64,000 nucleotides of DNA, from contig JAPDFW010000098.1 of assembly GCA_028826165.1 (NCBI GenBank), positions 175,173-239,172 of the forward strand, given 5' to 3'. Of the stretch, positions 14,115 through 28,143 are shown piece after piece. The stretch's first letter is position 1, and the number at the start of each line of letters is the position of its first letter. The position numbers and the translations under genes are program-made. The notes beneath the pieces were generated by a model. The model searched no databases. It was not told where the DNA came from and saw only the letters and a list, made by a program, of their open reading frames with translations. This stretch comes from Anaeramoeba ignava BMAN. Taxonomy: Eukaryota > Protista > Anaeramoebae.

Positions 14115-15800
14115 CTATTTAAAAGATTTTTTTTTTTGATAAACAAGAGTATCAAAAAGACTAATTTCATTTTGAGAAATTTGACCTTGAGATTTTAATT
14201 TGAGAAGTTTTTTTTTTAAAGAAGATACATTTGGTTCATCAACAGAATCAAGATTAAGTCTATGTTTTCTTGGAAAAATACCTTCTTTTTGAAGTTCTAT
14301 TTCTCTTGCTGTTGTTTTTGCAAGTTGATTTGGTAAAACTGGTGGAAAAAAAGGTTGTTGTGGCAAAAATGGAAATGGAAATGGAAATGAAAATGGAAAT
14401 GGAACATTTTGTGAAATTGGATATTTTTTTTGATTTGAATTATTTTGTCCAGGAAAACCTATTGGTATTTGAAGTGGATAACCAAACATATTTGGTGATT
14501 GATATTTTGTGTATTTTTCTTCTTTTCTTCTTGATTTTCTTTTGTATTTTCTTCTTCTTCTTCTTTTATTTTTTTTGAGATCAATTTGATTTTGATTTTG
14601 ATTTTGAATTTGATTTTGATTTTGATTTTGATTTTGATTTTGATTTTGATTTTGATTTTGATTTTCTTTTTCATCTTCTTTTTCACTTTTTGATTTTGAT
14701 TTTCATTTTGATTTTTGATTTTGATTTTCTTTTTTCTTTTCACTTTTTCTTTTTCTTTTTCAATTTTTTTCACTTTCTTTTTTTCACTTTCAATTTCTTT
14801 TCACTTTCGTTCTTTTTCACTTTCAATTTCTTTTTTTTCTTTTTCACTTTCAATTTTTCAATTTCTTTTTCACTTTCAATTTCTTTTTCACTTTTCAACT
14901 TTTTCATTTTTCTTTTTTCAATTTCTTTTTCACTTTCAACTTCTTTTTCACTTTCACTTTTTTTTTTTCTTTTTCAACTTCTTTTTCACTTTCATTTTCA
15001 ACTTCTTTTTCATTTCTTTTTCACTTTCAATTTCTTTTTCACTTTCTTTTTCTTTTTCATTTTCAATTTCTTTTTCACTTTCATCTTTTCATTTTTCATT
15101 TTTTTTCAACTTCTTTTTCACTTTCAACTTCTTTTTCACTTTCAACTTCTTTTTCATTTTCATCTTCTAAACCAAAATCTTTTTCCTTTAAGAACTCATT
15201 TTTTGGTCTCTCAACTTGCCACAAATAATTCTCCAAGAAAACAAAAACTTTATTCTCAATAAGACTTTTTTTTTGGTTATCACGTTGTGAAATCATCCAA
15301 CTCACAAGCAAATCATAAGTTAATTTTTTACCTATTAATCAAAACAAAAGAAAAAAAAAATTTAATAATTAGAATAATAAAAGAAAATAAAAGAAAAAGA
15401 AAAAAGAATTAGAAAATTCAAAGACTCTTACCAATTCCAAGTTCTTTTCCAATTTGAGATTCTTTAAGTGAAAGAGAACTTGTTAATTCTTTAATCATTT
15501 TATTAAAACTTAATCGAGGTTGGTTCAGTTCAAAAAAATTTGAATCGTTTGAATTATAAATAAAATTAAAATGTTCAAAAACTTTAACTTTTTCTTCTTC
15601 TTTATTAACTTCATTTATCTTTGAATCTTGGTTATTCTTTTGAGATGAAATTTTGGTTGATTCTTCTATATTTTTGAATTGAATAAAAATTGGTTTAAGT
15701 TTTTTTTTTTTTTGAGAAATAGATTTTAAATAAGGAAATTTTCAATTTTTAAGTTTTTATTATCCAAATTATTATTCTTACTTTTGATTGGAGATTCCAT
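14115..15800 (-). CDS. Uncharacterised protein: globular N-terminus, E/K/S low-complexity centre (frame broken by indels), Pro/Phe-rich C-terminus
   Basis: MESPIK, intron, KESTKISS...KELGIG, intron, KKLTYDLLVSWMISQRD. Terminal ORF 14115-14489. Confidence 0.6.
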
Positions 15801-16194
15801 GCTTTAAATTAATCTCAAAAAATTTTAATCTAATTACTTATAAAGTCAATTTAAAAAAAAAATGAAAAATTCAAAAGTAAAAAAAATCAATTCTTTTTAA
15901 GAAAATGTTTTGATATCTTTTGAGTGTAAAAAAAAAACACAAAAATGAAAAAAATAAAATCCTTTTAATTTTTTTTTTCGAAATGAATGAATTCAATTAA
16001 TCTTACAAAAAAAAACACATAACCTTTTTCTTTTTCTTTTTATTTTTATTTTTATTTTTATTTTTAGGATTAGAAAAATACCCTTAAGGATAATAAATCC
16101 TTCTTTAAAGTTTAAATGAGAAATATTTTCAATAAAAGGATTCAATTTTTTCAAATGAATTAATGATAAAGAAAATGAGAGGAAATCAAGCAAT

Positions 16195-17385
16195 TAAATT
16201 ATTTTAATTATTTTAATTATTTCAAATTAAATTATTTCAAATTAAATTATTTGAATTATTTCTAATTAAATTATTTAAATTATTTGAATTAAATTATTTC
16301 CAATTAAATTATTTCAAATTAAATCATTTGAATTAAATTATTTCCAATTAAATTATTTCAATTAAATTATTTCCAATTAAATCATTTCAATTAAATTATT
16401 TCCAATTAAATCATTTCAATTGAATTATTTCAAATTAAATCATTTTCAATTAAATTATTTCCAATTAAATTATTTCAATTAAATTATTTCAATTAAATTA
16501 TTTCAAATTAAATTATTTCAATTAAATTATTTCAATTAAATTATTTCCAATTAAATTATTTCAAATTAAATTATTTCAAATTAAATTATTTCCAATTAAA
16601 TTATTTCCAATTATTTCCAATTAAATTATTTCCAATTAAATTATTTGAATTATTTGAAATTAAATTATTTGAATTATTTGAATTAAATTATTTGAAATTA
16701 AATTATTTGAATTATTTCCAATTAAATTATTTGAATTAAATTATTTGAATTAAATTATTTGAATTAAATTATTTCAAATTAAATTATTTCAATTTAAATT
16801 ATTTCAAATTAAATTATTTGAATTAAATTATTTGAATTAAATTATTTGAATTAAATTATTTCAAATTAAATTATTTCAAATTAAATTATTTCCAATTAAA
16901 TTATTTCAAATTAAATTATTTCAATTAAATTATTTCCAATTAAATTATTTTCAATTGAATTATTTGAATTAAATTATTTCAAATTAAATTATTTCAAATT
17001 AAATTATTTCAATTTAAATTATTTCAAATTAAATTATTTCAAATTAAATTATTTCAAATTAAATTATTTCAATTTAAATTATTTGAATTAAATTATTTGA
17101 ATTAAATTATTTGAATTAAATTATTTCAAATTAAATTATTTCGAATTAAATTATTTCAATTAAATTATTTCAATTAAATTATTTCCAATTAAATTATTTC
17201 AAATTAAATTATTTCAAATTAAATTATTTCAAATTAAATTATTTCAATTTAAATTATTTCAAATTAAATTATTTCAAATTAAATTATTTCAAATTAAATT
17301 ATTTGAATTATTTCAATAAAATTAACTTATTTCCATTAAATTATTTAAAATTAAATTATTTCAATTATTTCAAATTAAATTATTT
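16195..17385. repeat. Intergenic 14-15-bp minisatellite (TTCAAATTAAATTAT / TTGAATTAAATTAT)
   Basis: About 1.2 kb tandem array between divergently oriented genes. Confidence 0.95.
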
Positions 17386-17470
17386 TTTGTTTGTGAATTT
17401 TTTTTTTTCATTTTTCCAATTTTTTTTTTCATTTTATTTTTTCCTTCATTTTTATTTTGGGATTAACAAA

Positions 17471-19709
17471 ATGAAACCAGGTGATTTAGTTGGAATTATT
17501 CTTTATAGCTTGATTTTAATTTTTACAATAGTTTGGAAAATCTTTTAAATTTTTAAAAACAAAAAAAAAATCCTAATTTAACTTTTTAATTTAATTTTTA
17601 ATTCGTATTTTTATTTAATTTTTTTATTATAAAAAGGTTCAACTTATTCGTTTTTATATATATAAAAAAATAAATCCTTACAATTTACTTCAAATTCAAT
17701 TTCATGTTTTAGTTCTTTTTTTTCTTATTGGTTTGAATTAAAATTTTGTTTTTGGATTAAATTTTTATTAATTTTTTAAATTTAAAATTTTTTTTATTCA
17801 AAATAGGTCGAATAATTTGGTTAGCTTTAAACAATGTTAAAAATGCCAATGCATTACTTAAATTTATATTAAATCGATTTGCTTATTTAAGTTTCTTTAC
17901 TTCATTTACACTTCTTGTTTTTTTTTGGTAAATAAAATTATAAATAAAATTATTTATTAAATTAATTATAAAATTAATTATAAAATTATTTATAAAATTA
18001 AATATAAAATTAATTATAAAATTAATTATAAAATTAATTATAAAATTATTTATTAAATTAATTATAAAATTAATTATAAAATTATTTATTAAATTATATA
18101 TAAAAATTATTTTATAAAAAGAAATTTATAAAATAAAAAAAGAAACAGAAATTAAAAAAATTAATTTAAAAAAAATTAAATATAAATTAATTATAGAAAA
18201 ATTATTTATAAAATTAATTATAAAATTATTTATAAAATTAAATATAAAATTAAATATAAAATTATTTATAAAATTAATTATAAAATTAGTTATAAAATTA
18301 TTTATAAAATTATTTATAAAATTAATTATAAAATTATTAATAAAATTATTTATAAATTTATTTATAAAATTATTTATAAAATTATTAATAAAATTATTTA
18401 TAAAATTATTTATTAAATTATTTATAAAATTAATTATAAAATTAATTTAATTAGGGCTGAAATTTCTCATGGTTTAATTTCAGGAGCAAATCAAACATCT
18501 TTGAAAAAACTTAAGATACCTTTTTTTATTGCAAATGCTGTTTTATATTTATATACTTTGATTTGTGCAATTGTTTTTGATTTCACTCATTCAGAAATAG
18601 AGGATATATTAATATAAATATTAATTTAATATTTTTGATAATTGCAGTGATTTTCTTTTGTTATTTCTTTAAAATTTTAATTTATGATTTGCGTTCTTTC
18701 AAAAAGTTTAAAGGTTAAAAATTAAATTTTTAAAAATAGAAATAGAAATTTAAATATAATTTAAAATAGAAATAGAAATAGAAATAGAAATAGAAATAGA
18801 AATAGAAATAGAAATAGAAATAGAAATAGAAATAGAAATAGATTAAAATATTGATTTAAATATTAATTAAAATATTGATTTAAATATTAATTTTAAATAT
18901 TGATTTAAATATTTATTTAAAATATTGATTTAAATATTTATTTAAAATATTGATTTAAATATTGATTTAAATATTGATTTAAATATTAATTTAAATATTA
19001 ATTTAAATATTAATTTAAATATTAATTTAAAATATTAATTAAAATATTGATTTAAAATATTAATTTAAATATTAATTAAAATATTGATTTAAATATTAAT
19101 TTAAATATTAATTTAAAATATTAAAATAGAAATCTATTGGTGTTTCAGTTTCTAAAAAAAGAACTTTATTGAAAATTGCTGGAATTACAGTAACTTTTTC
19201 TACATCCTTTTTACTAAGATTTGCTATGCTTCTTTATCGACCAATAACTGATAAATACTTTAAATATGGAGTAAAATTAAAATTTAAATTCAAATTTAAA
19301 TTTAAATTCAAATTAAAATTTATTTTGAAAATTAAAATTATTTTCCAATTTAAAAGATTTATATTACTTTTACTTATTTTGTTCCTGAAATGATTCCAAC
19401 TTGTGTTCAATTATTTGTAATGAGACTTAAATTTGTTAGTCGAGCTCCTTCAATTTCTCAAGTTCCTTCTGGTACAACAACAGTTACTCTTTTAAAAACT
19501 GTAAGAATAAAAATGTTTTTTTTTAAATGTTTTTAATGTTTTTTTTTTAAATGTTTTTAATGTTTTTTTTTTAAAAATGTTTTTAGAAAGAGCCGGAAAA
19601 ATCAGAAAATTCAGATAATACAAGTGATTATTGAAATTAAATTGATTAATTTTTTTTTTATCGTTTACTTTTTTCAGGCAAAAAATACCTGAATAAAAAA
19701 AAAACATAA
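17471..19709 (+). CDS. THH1/TOM1/TOM3 (GPR137-like) seven-transmembrane protein, about 8 exons
   Basis: VQLIRF, LNRFAYLSFFTSFTLLVFFWAEI, FLLRFAMLL, YFVPEMIPTCVQLFVM. One apparent 1-nt frameshift near 18610. Confidence 0.75.
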
Positions 19710-19904
19710 TTAATGTTTTAATTTCTTTTAAAACAGAAAATGTTCCACTTTTTTTGTTTTTTTGCTTTTTTTTTAATCAAATAACTGAAAAGTCAAATCT
19801 CTTTTAAAGTTGAAAAACAAAAAAAAAAACATTTTAGATCAAAACAAAAATCTTTTTATTTTTCGTTTTATAAATCATTTTTCTTTTCCTTAAAAAAAAA
19901 CAAA

Positions 19905-21361
19905 ATGAAAATTTATTTGATTTTTTTATTATTTTTATTATTAAATTCTAAAATCAATTGTTTTTCAAAGTTTCTCAAAAAAATTCCAAGATTTAATTGG
20001 AAAGGAAATAAAATATCAAATGAATTTTGTGATTATCAAACAAAAACTTATCGAATTAAATGGGAAATTGAAGATGATGAATGCGAACAATTAGAATATT
20101 TTCAATCAATTAGCAATTTTGTTTTTTTTGGATTTCTTTTCAGTTTAACTCCTTTTATAATTCTTATAAAAATTTGTTTTTCAAAATGTTGTTTCAAAAA
20201 AAGAAAAAAAGTGGAACAAAAAAAAAAGCAAAATTTCCAAAAATATAAATTAATTTTGAAAATAATTTCTTTGGTTTTTATGTAAGAAATTTTACTTCAA
20301 AAAAAAATCACAAAAAAATTTCTTTATTATTTGATAAGTTTTTTAATTTTATTCCAAATTGTTGAATTAGCAAAAATTATGAATTCAATTAAAACTTCAA
20401 TTATTTTAATTTCTGAATCAACTTTGAAAGTGGAAAATCAAGGAAAAAATATTTTTTATTCTTTAGAAAATTTTCGAAAAGCAAAAATAACAAATGCCAA
20501 CATTGAATTAGCTTTTCAAGAATCAAATTATATTAAGTAAATCATTTTGAATAATTTAAGATTTTTTAAACTGAGAAAATTTATTAATTAATCTTCTTTT
20601 ATTTTGCTTTGGAAAAAAAACTCAAGTTATCAATCAAGTTTAATTGAAAAATTTTCCAAAATTGGGAAAATTATTTGGTTTGTTCTTAATTTTCTTTCCA
20701 TTTGCTTTCTTTTACTTTTTGAACTGCTTTTTTTAATGAAGTTTTGTTTCCATTCCAAAAAATTTTCCAAATATTTCCCAAAAATTTTTTTGATAGGATC
20801 AAGTTTATTTTTTTTGAATTTTGGGATTAACTTTGCTTTATCAATAATTAATAATGATTTTTGTTATGAAATTGAAAAGAGAAGAGATAATTATGGACTT
20901 AATTGGATAGTTTATTCATCAGGAAGGAAATATTTTTCCAATTTTGTTGAAGGATGTGAAGATGTTCTTTATTATTACAAAAATCAAAATCAAAATCAAA
21001 ATCAATTTATTGAATATTTTCAAAATTTATTGATTGAATCACAAAATCTTGAAAATGGAAATTTTGTTCAGGAAATATTTCAGAATTTAATTCCTTCTTT
21101 TTGTAAATCAATGTTAATTGGAATGGAATCTTTTATTTTTTCTTCTTTTTTTAGTGGAATTATTCTTTTTTATGGAAGTTTAATCTTATTAAAATTAAAA
21201 AGAGAAGAAGAGGAACAACAATTTAAAAAGAAGAAGAAGAAGAAGAAATTGAACTTGAAAATTTAAATTTAAATTTCAATGAAAATGAAAATGATTTAAA
21301 AATTGAAGAATTAAAACAATCTTATCAAATCTCTTTTAAAGTTGAAAAAAATTCTCTTTGA
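19905..21361 (+). CDS. Multi-pass membrane protein, possibly Tweety/prominin-like
   Basis: Signal peptide, EYFQSI followed by a TM helix and CFSKCC, FALSIINNDFCYEI, PSFC followed by a TM helix. Introns about 20282-20338 and 20537-20626. The end at 21361 needs one homopolymer correction near 21225; otherwise the CDS ends at 21266. Confidence 0.5.
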
Positions 21362-21398
21362 AAAAAATGATCAAAACAAATTGAATATTTTTCGTTTT

Positions 21399-24227
21399 TT
21401 AAAAAAATTTGAACAAAGGATCAATAATTGTAAATAAAGAACTATCATAATCATAATAAATTTGAGAAGAATCATTTTGATTTTGATTTTGATTTTGATT
21501 TTGATTTTGATTTTCATTTTCCCAAGAAAATTGAGAATTTTTATCTAAAATTTTAAATCCTATTGTTTGATTTCCACGAAATTCAAATTCAATTTTGATT
21601 GGATATTTTTGATTTTTTTGCTGATTTAAATTATCTAAATTATCTCTTGAATTCTTTGTTTTTTTATAAGGTAATTGCCAAGCATTAGGTTTTGATTCAG
21701 ACCAATTACCAAATTTAGAAAGAATTCTTAATTCTCCTTTTTCGATCCAAATTTTTTCAATTCCTTCATAATTTATTTGAATATTTTGAATATTTGATTT
21801 TTTTTGAACTTTATATTCAATTTTAATTCCATCATTTGTAATTCTGAAAATCAAATCAATTCCTTTCCATAAATTCTTATAAATAATTGATTTATAACTT
21901 GGAACGTCACTTTTCCATTTGGATTTATCGTTTCCAAGAAAGAAATTAAATTTTGTAACTGCTTTTTCTAATCCATTAATTTTAACTTTTTTACTTGAAT
22001 TTAAAAATTGAATTTTTGTAAAATGAAATTTTGTTTGTTCTTGATTTGATGTTTCATTTTCTGTTGATTCGTTTTTAATTGTGTATATATTTCTAATTAT
22101 GAATTTATCTTTGTAGAAAAATAATGTTGATTGTTTTGTGTCGATATAAAACTTAACAGAAGATTCATATTGCATATCATTTTTAACGAAGCAAATCCTT
22201 TATTTTTAATTTAATATTTAATTTAATATTTAATTTAATATTTATTTTAATATTTTAATATTTATTTTAATATTTATTTTAATATTTATTTTAATATTTA
22301 TTTTAATATTTATTTTAATATTTATTTTAATATTTATTTTAATATTTATTTAAATATCTATTTCAATATTTATTTCAATATTTATTTTAATATTTATTTT
22401 AATATTTATTTTAATATTTATTTTAATATTTATTTTAATATTTATTTTAATATTTATTTTAATATTTATTTTAATATTTATTTTAATATTTAATTTAATA
22501 TTTAATTTAATATTTATTTTAATATTTAATTTAATATTTATTTTAATATTTTAATATTTATTTTAATATTTATTTCATTATTTAATTTAATATTTATTTT
22601 AATATTTATTTTAATATTTATTTTAATATTTATTTTAATATTTAATTTTAATATTTATTTTAATATTTAATTTAATATTTAATTTAATATTTATTTTAAT
22701 ATTTTAATATTTATTTTAATATTTTAATATTTAAATATCTATTTCAATATTTAATTTAATATTTATTTTAATATTTATTTTAATATTTAATTTAATATTT
22801 AATTCAATATTTATTTTTAATATTTATTTCAATATTTATTTTAATATTTATTTTTGATATTTATTTTAATATTTATTTTAATATTTATTTTTAATATTTA
22901 TTTTTAATATTTATTTTAATATTTATTTTTAATATTTATTTTAATATTTATTTTAATATTTATTTCAATATTTATTTTAATATTTATTTCAATATTTATT
23001 TTTAATATTTATTTCAATATTTATTTCAATATTTATTTTAATATTTAATTTAATATTTAATTTAATATTTATTTCAATATTTATTTTAATATTTATTTTA
23101 ATATTTAATTTAATATTTAATTTTAATATTTATTTCAATATTTAATTTTAATATTTATTTTAATATTTATTTTAATATTTTAATATTTAATTCAATATTT
23201 AATTTAATATTTATTTTAATATTTATTTTAATATTTATTTCAATATTTATTTTTAATATTTATTTTAATATTTATTTTAATATTTATTTTAATATTTATT
23301 TTAATATTTATTTTAATATTTATTTTAATATTTATTTTAATATTTATTTTAATATTTATTTTAATATTTATTTCAATATTTATTTTAATATTAAATTTAA
23401 TATTTTAATATTTATTTTAATATTTATTTCAATATTTAATTCAATATTTATTTTAATATTTATTTTAATATTTAATTTAATATTTATTTTTAATATTTAT
23501 TTTAATATTTATTTTAATATTTATTTTAATATTTATTTTAATATTTATTTTAATATTTATTTTAATATTTAATTTAATATTTATTTTAATATTTATTTTA
23601 ATATTTATTTTAATATTTATTTTAATATTTAATTTAATATTTATTATAATATTTATTTTAATATTTATTTTAATATTTATTTTAATATTTATTTTAATAT
23701 TTAATATTTAATTTAATATTTAATTTAATATTTATTTTAATATTTATTTTAATATTTAATTTAATATTTATTTCAATATTTATTTTAATATTTATTTTAA
23801 TATTTATTTTAATATTTTAATTTAATATTTATTATAATATTTAATTTAATATTTATTTTAATATTTATTTTAATATTTATTTTAATATTTATTTTAATAT
23901 TTAATTCAATATTTATTTTAATATTTATTTCAATATTTATTTTAATATTTATTTTAATATTTATTTTAATATTATTGATTTCAATATTTAATTTAATATT
24001 TATTTCAATATTTATTTTAATATTTATTTTAATATTTATTTTAATATTATTGATTATCACTTTTGACTTTCTATTATTGATTCTACTTCTTTAGGAATAG
24101 GATTTAATTGTTCTTTTGGTTTATTTTTAAAAAATTGTTCTTGATTAAAATCATGACTAAAATTTTTAGTAAAAATAAATTGAAGAAAAAAGAAAATGAA
24201 TAAAAATAAAAATAAAATAAATTTCAT
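21399..24227 (-). CDS. Secreted stand-alone DUF7948-type domain (N-terminal domain of prokaryotic SBBP beta-propeller surface proteins), 2 exons
   Basis: Signal peptide, FVKNDMQ, NFFLGNDKSKWKSDVPSYKSIIYKNLWKGIDL, KPNAWQ, YDSSLFTIIDP. In-phase intron about 22198-24060. Confidence 0.75.
22200..24050. repeat. Intronic (AATATTTATTTT)n 12-mer array
   Basis: About 1.85 kb tandem repeat. Confidence 0.95.
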
Positions 24228-24335
24228 AATGAAATAATAAAAGAAATAAAAAGAAAAAAAAGAAAAAAAATGAATTTATAAAAAACTAAAAAATTTTTTT
24301 TTCATTTTTTTCTTTTTTAAAAAATAAAAATAAAA

Positions 24336-27300
24336 ATGAAAAAAACAAAAAAACCGAAATATAAAAAAAATAAAAGAAAACAACAAAAACAACAACAAAA
24401 AGCAAATGAAGCGAAAGAAATCAAAGAATTAGAACAACGACTAAAACTTGAAAAACCTCCGCCAACAGGAAATGATTTAAAAATTAATAACGAAGAAGAT
24501 GTGAATAATTTTCTTGAAAATTATAGAATTAGATATAAACCTGTAAAGACCTTTTCAGAATTGCCTATTTCTTTTAATACAAAAAAAGGTCTTTCTTTTA
24601 ATAATTTTACTCAAATGACTGAAATTCAACGTGCTGCTATTCCTCATGCTTTGGTTGGAAGAGATCTTTTGGGTGCTGCTGTTACTGGTTCTGGAAAAAC
24701 TTTGGCTTTTATTGTTCCTGTCTCTATCAATATTATAATTTAAATTACAATTATAATTACAATTATAATTATAATTAAAATTCATTTATAAATTTGAAAT
24801 TATAATTACAATTACAATTATAATTAAAATTCATTTATAATTATAATTAAAATTAAAATTCATTTATAAAATTAAAAATAAAAATCAAAATTAAAATTAA
24901 AATTAAAATTAAAATTAAAATTAATATTAAAATTAAAATTAAAATTAAAATTAAAATTTAAAATTAAAATTAAAATTAAAATTAAAATTAAAATTAAAAT
25001 TAAAATTAAAATTAAAATTATAATTAAAATTAAAAATAAAAATAAAATTAAAATTAAATTCATTTATAAATTTGAAATTAAAATTAAAATTAAAATTAAA
25101 AATTAAAAATTAAAATTAAAATTAAAATTAAAATTAAAATTAAAATTAAAATTAAAATTAAAATTAAAATTAAAATTAAAATTAAAATTAAAATTAAAAT
25201 TAAAATTAAAATTAAAAATAAAATCAAAATTAAAATTAAAATTAAAATTAAAATTAAAATTTAAATTAAAATTAATATTAAAATTAAAATTAAAATTAAA
25301 ATTAATATTAAAAATTAAAATTAAAATAAAATTAAAATTAAAATTTAAATTAAAATTAAAATTAAAATTAAAATTAAAATTAAAATCGGATAAAAAATTA
25401 AATAAAGATTTTAGAAAATCTTTACCGTTCACGTTGGACTTCTCTTGATGGAGTTGGAGCAATTATAATCTCACCAACTCGAGAATTAGCTCTTCAAATA
25501 TTTACAGTTTTAGAAAAAGTAGGACAATTCCATTCTTTAAGTGCAGGATTAATAATAGGAGGAAAAGATGTAGATTTTGAAAAAGAAAGAGTTTCATTAA
25601 TGTCTATTTTAGTTTGCACTCCTGGAAGATTACTTCAACATATGAATGAAACTTTTGGATTTAATTGTGAAAACTTAAAAATGTTAGGTAATTTTTTTAT
25701 TTAAAATAAACCTATTTTTGAAATAATTTTAATTAAAATAAATATTATAATAATTATTTAAAATTTATTTGAAATAATTTTGATTAAAAAAATATTTAAT
25801 ATTTATTTTAATATTTTAATATTTATTTTAATATTTATTTTAATATTTATTTTAATATTTATTTTAATATTTATTTTAATATTTATTTTAATATTTATTT
25901 TAATATTTATTTTAATATTTATTTTAATATTTATTTTAATATTTATTTTAATATTTATTTTAATATTTATTTTAATATTTATTTTAATATTTATTTTAAT
26001 ATTTAAAATTTATTTAAAAAAATATTTAATATTTAAATAATTAAAAAAGTTTTGGATGAAGCTGATAGAATTCTAGATATGGGATTCGCAGAAACTATTA
26101 ATGCTATCCTCGATAATCTTCCTTTACAAAGACAAACACTACTTTTTTCAGCAACTCAAAGAACTACTTTAACTCAATTAATGAGATTGAATTTAAAAAA
26201 CCCCGAATATATTTCTGTTCATGAACACGCAGAAAAATCAACACCTGAAAGACTATCTCAATTCTATATTACTTGCCAATTAGACGAGAAAATCAATGTT
26301 GTTTATTCCTTTATTAAAACCCATTTGAACCAAAAAATTCTAGTATTTTTAACAAGTTGCAAACAAGTGAAGTTTTTTTTCGAAGCTTTTCGCCATTTAC
26401 AGCCAGGGATCCCATTGTTGCATATCCACGGGAATATGAAGCAAGCAACAAGAACAGAAATTCACGATGATTTCTGTAAAAAAAAGCGGGCCGTTATGTT
26501 CACAACAGATTTATCATCAAGAGGACTTGATTTTCCTGCTGTACATTGGGTAGTTCAAGTCGATTGTCCTGAAGACGTTGATACTTATATACATCGTGTT
26601 GGCAGAACTGCAAGAAATGAATCCTTTGGTAGCGCTCTTTTGATTTTATGCCAAAGTGAAGAGCCTGAAATGATATCTCTTTTGCAATTGCGCAAAATTG
26701 TTTTGACAAAAATCGAAATTAATGATGATAAAATGCTTTCAATTCAAACTGCTTTGCAAGGATTACTTTCAAAGTTTCCTCAACTTAAATATTTTGCGGA
26801 AAGAGTAAGTTTTTCTTTAATTTAAATAAAAAGAAAATTTTTTTAAAAAAAGTGGAACAAAAAGTGGAACAAAAAAATTTTTTTATTTTAAAAAAGTGGA
26901 ACAAAAAAATTTATTTATTTTTTCCTTTTTTTTTGATAATAGAGTTTCGTTACTTATGTTAGATCAATTTTCTTCCAGAAAAATAAGAAAGTATTCCAAC
27001 TTGAAAAATATCCATTAGATAAATATTCACAATCACTTGGTTTAGTTTCTACACCAAAAATCAAAGCGATAAAAAGAGAAATTTCAAAGAAAAAAAGAAA
27101 AGAAATTGATATTGAAGAAAAACAAGAAAAAAAAGATCAAGAAAAACAAAAGCAAAAACAAGGAATTCCTCGTGATGAAAAAATAATGTTGAGAGAAAAT
27201 AGAGATGTTCTCTCAAAAGATTGGTTGAAATTGAAAGAATTAAATGAAAACGAAGAAGATTTTTTGACAAAAAAAGAAGATGGAGTTCATAATTATCTAA

Positions 27301-27935
27301 CAAGTGAAGAATTGAATAATGAAAATCAAATAGAAAAAATAAGATCTAAGCAAAGAATCAAAATTGGGAAATCTGGTTTAACAACAAAATATAATAAAAA
27401 AGTAGTTTTTAGTGATGATGATTCAGATGAAAATTCAAATCAAAATTTAGATGAAAATCAAAATTTAGATGAAAATCAAAATTTAAATGAAAATGAAAAT
27501 TTAGATGAAAATGAAAATGAAAATCAAAATTTAGATGAAAATTTAAATCAAAATCAAAATCAAAATCAAAATCAAAATCAATTCGAACCTTATTCATCAA
27601 CTACTTTTGATGATATTCAAAATTTTAGAAAATCTGTTAGAGAAAAAATTCAAAAATCAGATCAAGAAGATAGAATTTTGGAAAATAAAAAATTAAAACA
27701 AAGAAGATTAAAGAAAAAATTAAGTGAAAAAGGATTAGATTTTGCTGTTGAAAATATAAAAGAAAAACAAGAGTTAAATGAACCAAAACTTTTAGAAAAA
27801 AAACCAAAAAAAAATCAAAAAAAATCAAAAAAAGTTTCAACAAAATTTCAAGAAAATTCATTAGAAAATATGGAACAAAATTCATTAGAAAATATGGAAC
27901 AAATAGCAATGAAATTACTTCATAATAATCTTTAA
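24336..27935 (+). CDS. DBP4: DEAD-box RNA helicase DBP4/DDX10, 4 exons
   Basis: [90 protein letters not shown]. Confidence 0.93.
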
Positions 27936-28143
27936 AAACAATTTTAAAAACAATTTTAAAAACAATTTTAAAAAGAATTTGAGAATTTATTTAGAAAATA
28001 AACTTTTTTAGATTGAAATAAACTCTTTTAGTTTTTTTTTTAAATTTAAACCAAAATGAAATTAAGAAAAAAAAAAGTGGAATGAAAATTGAAAATTAAG
28101 AAAAAAAAGTGGAATGAAAATTGAAAATTAAGAAAAAAGTGAA

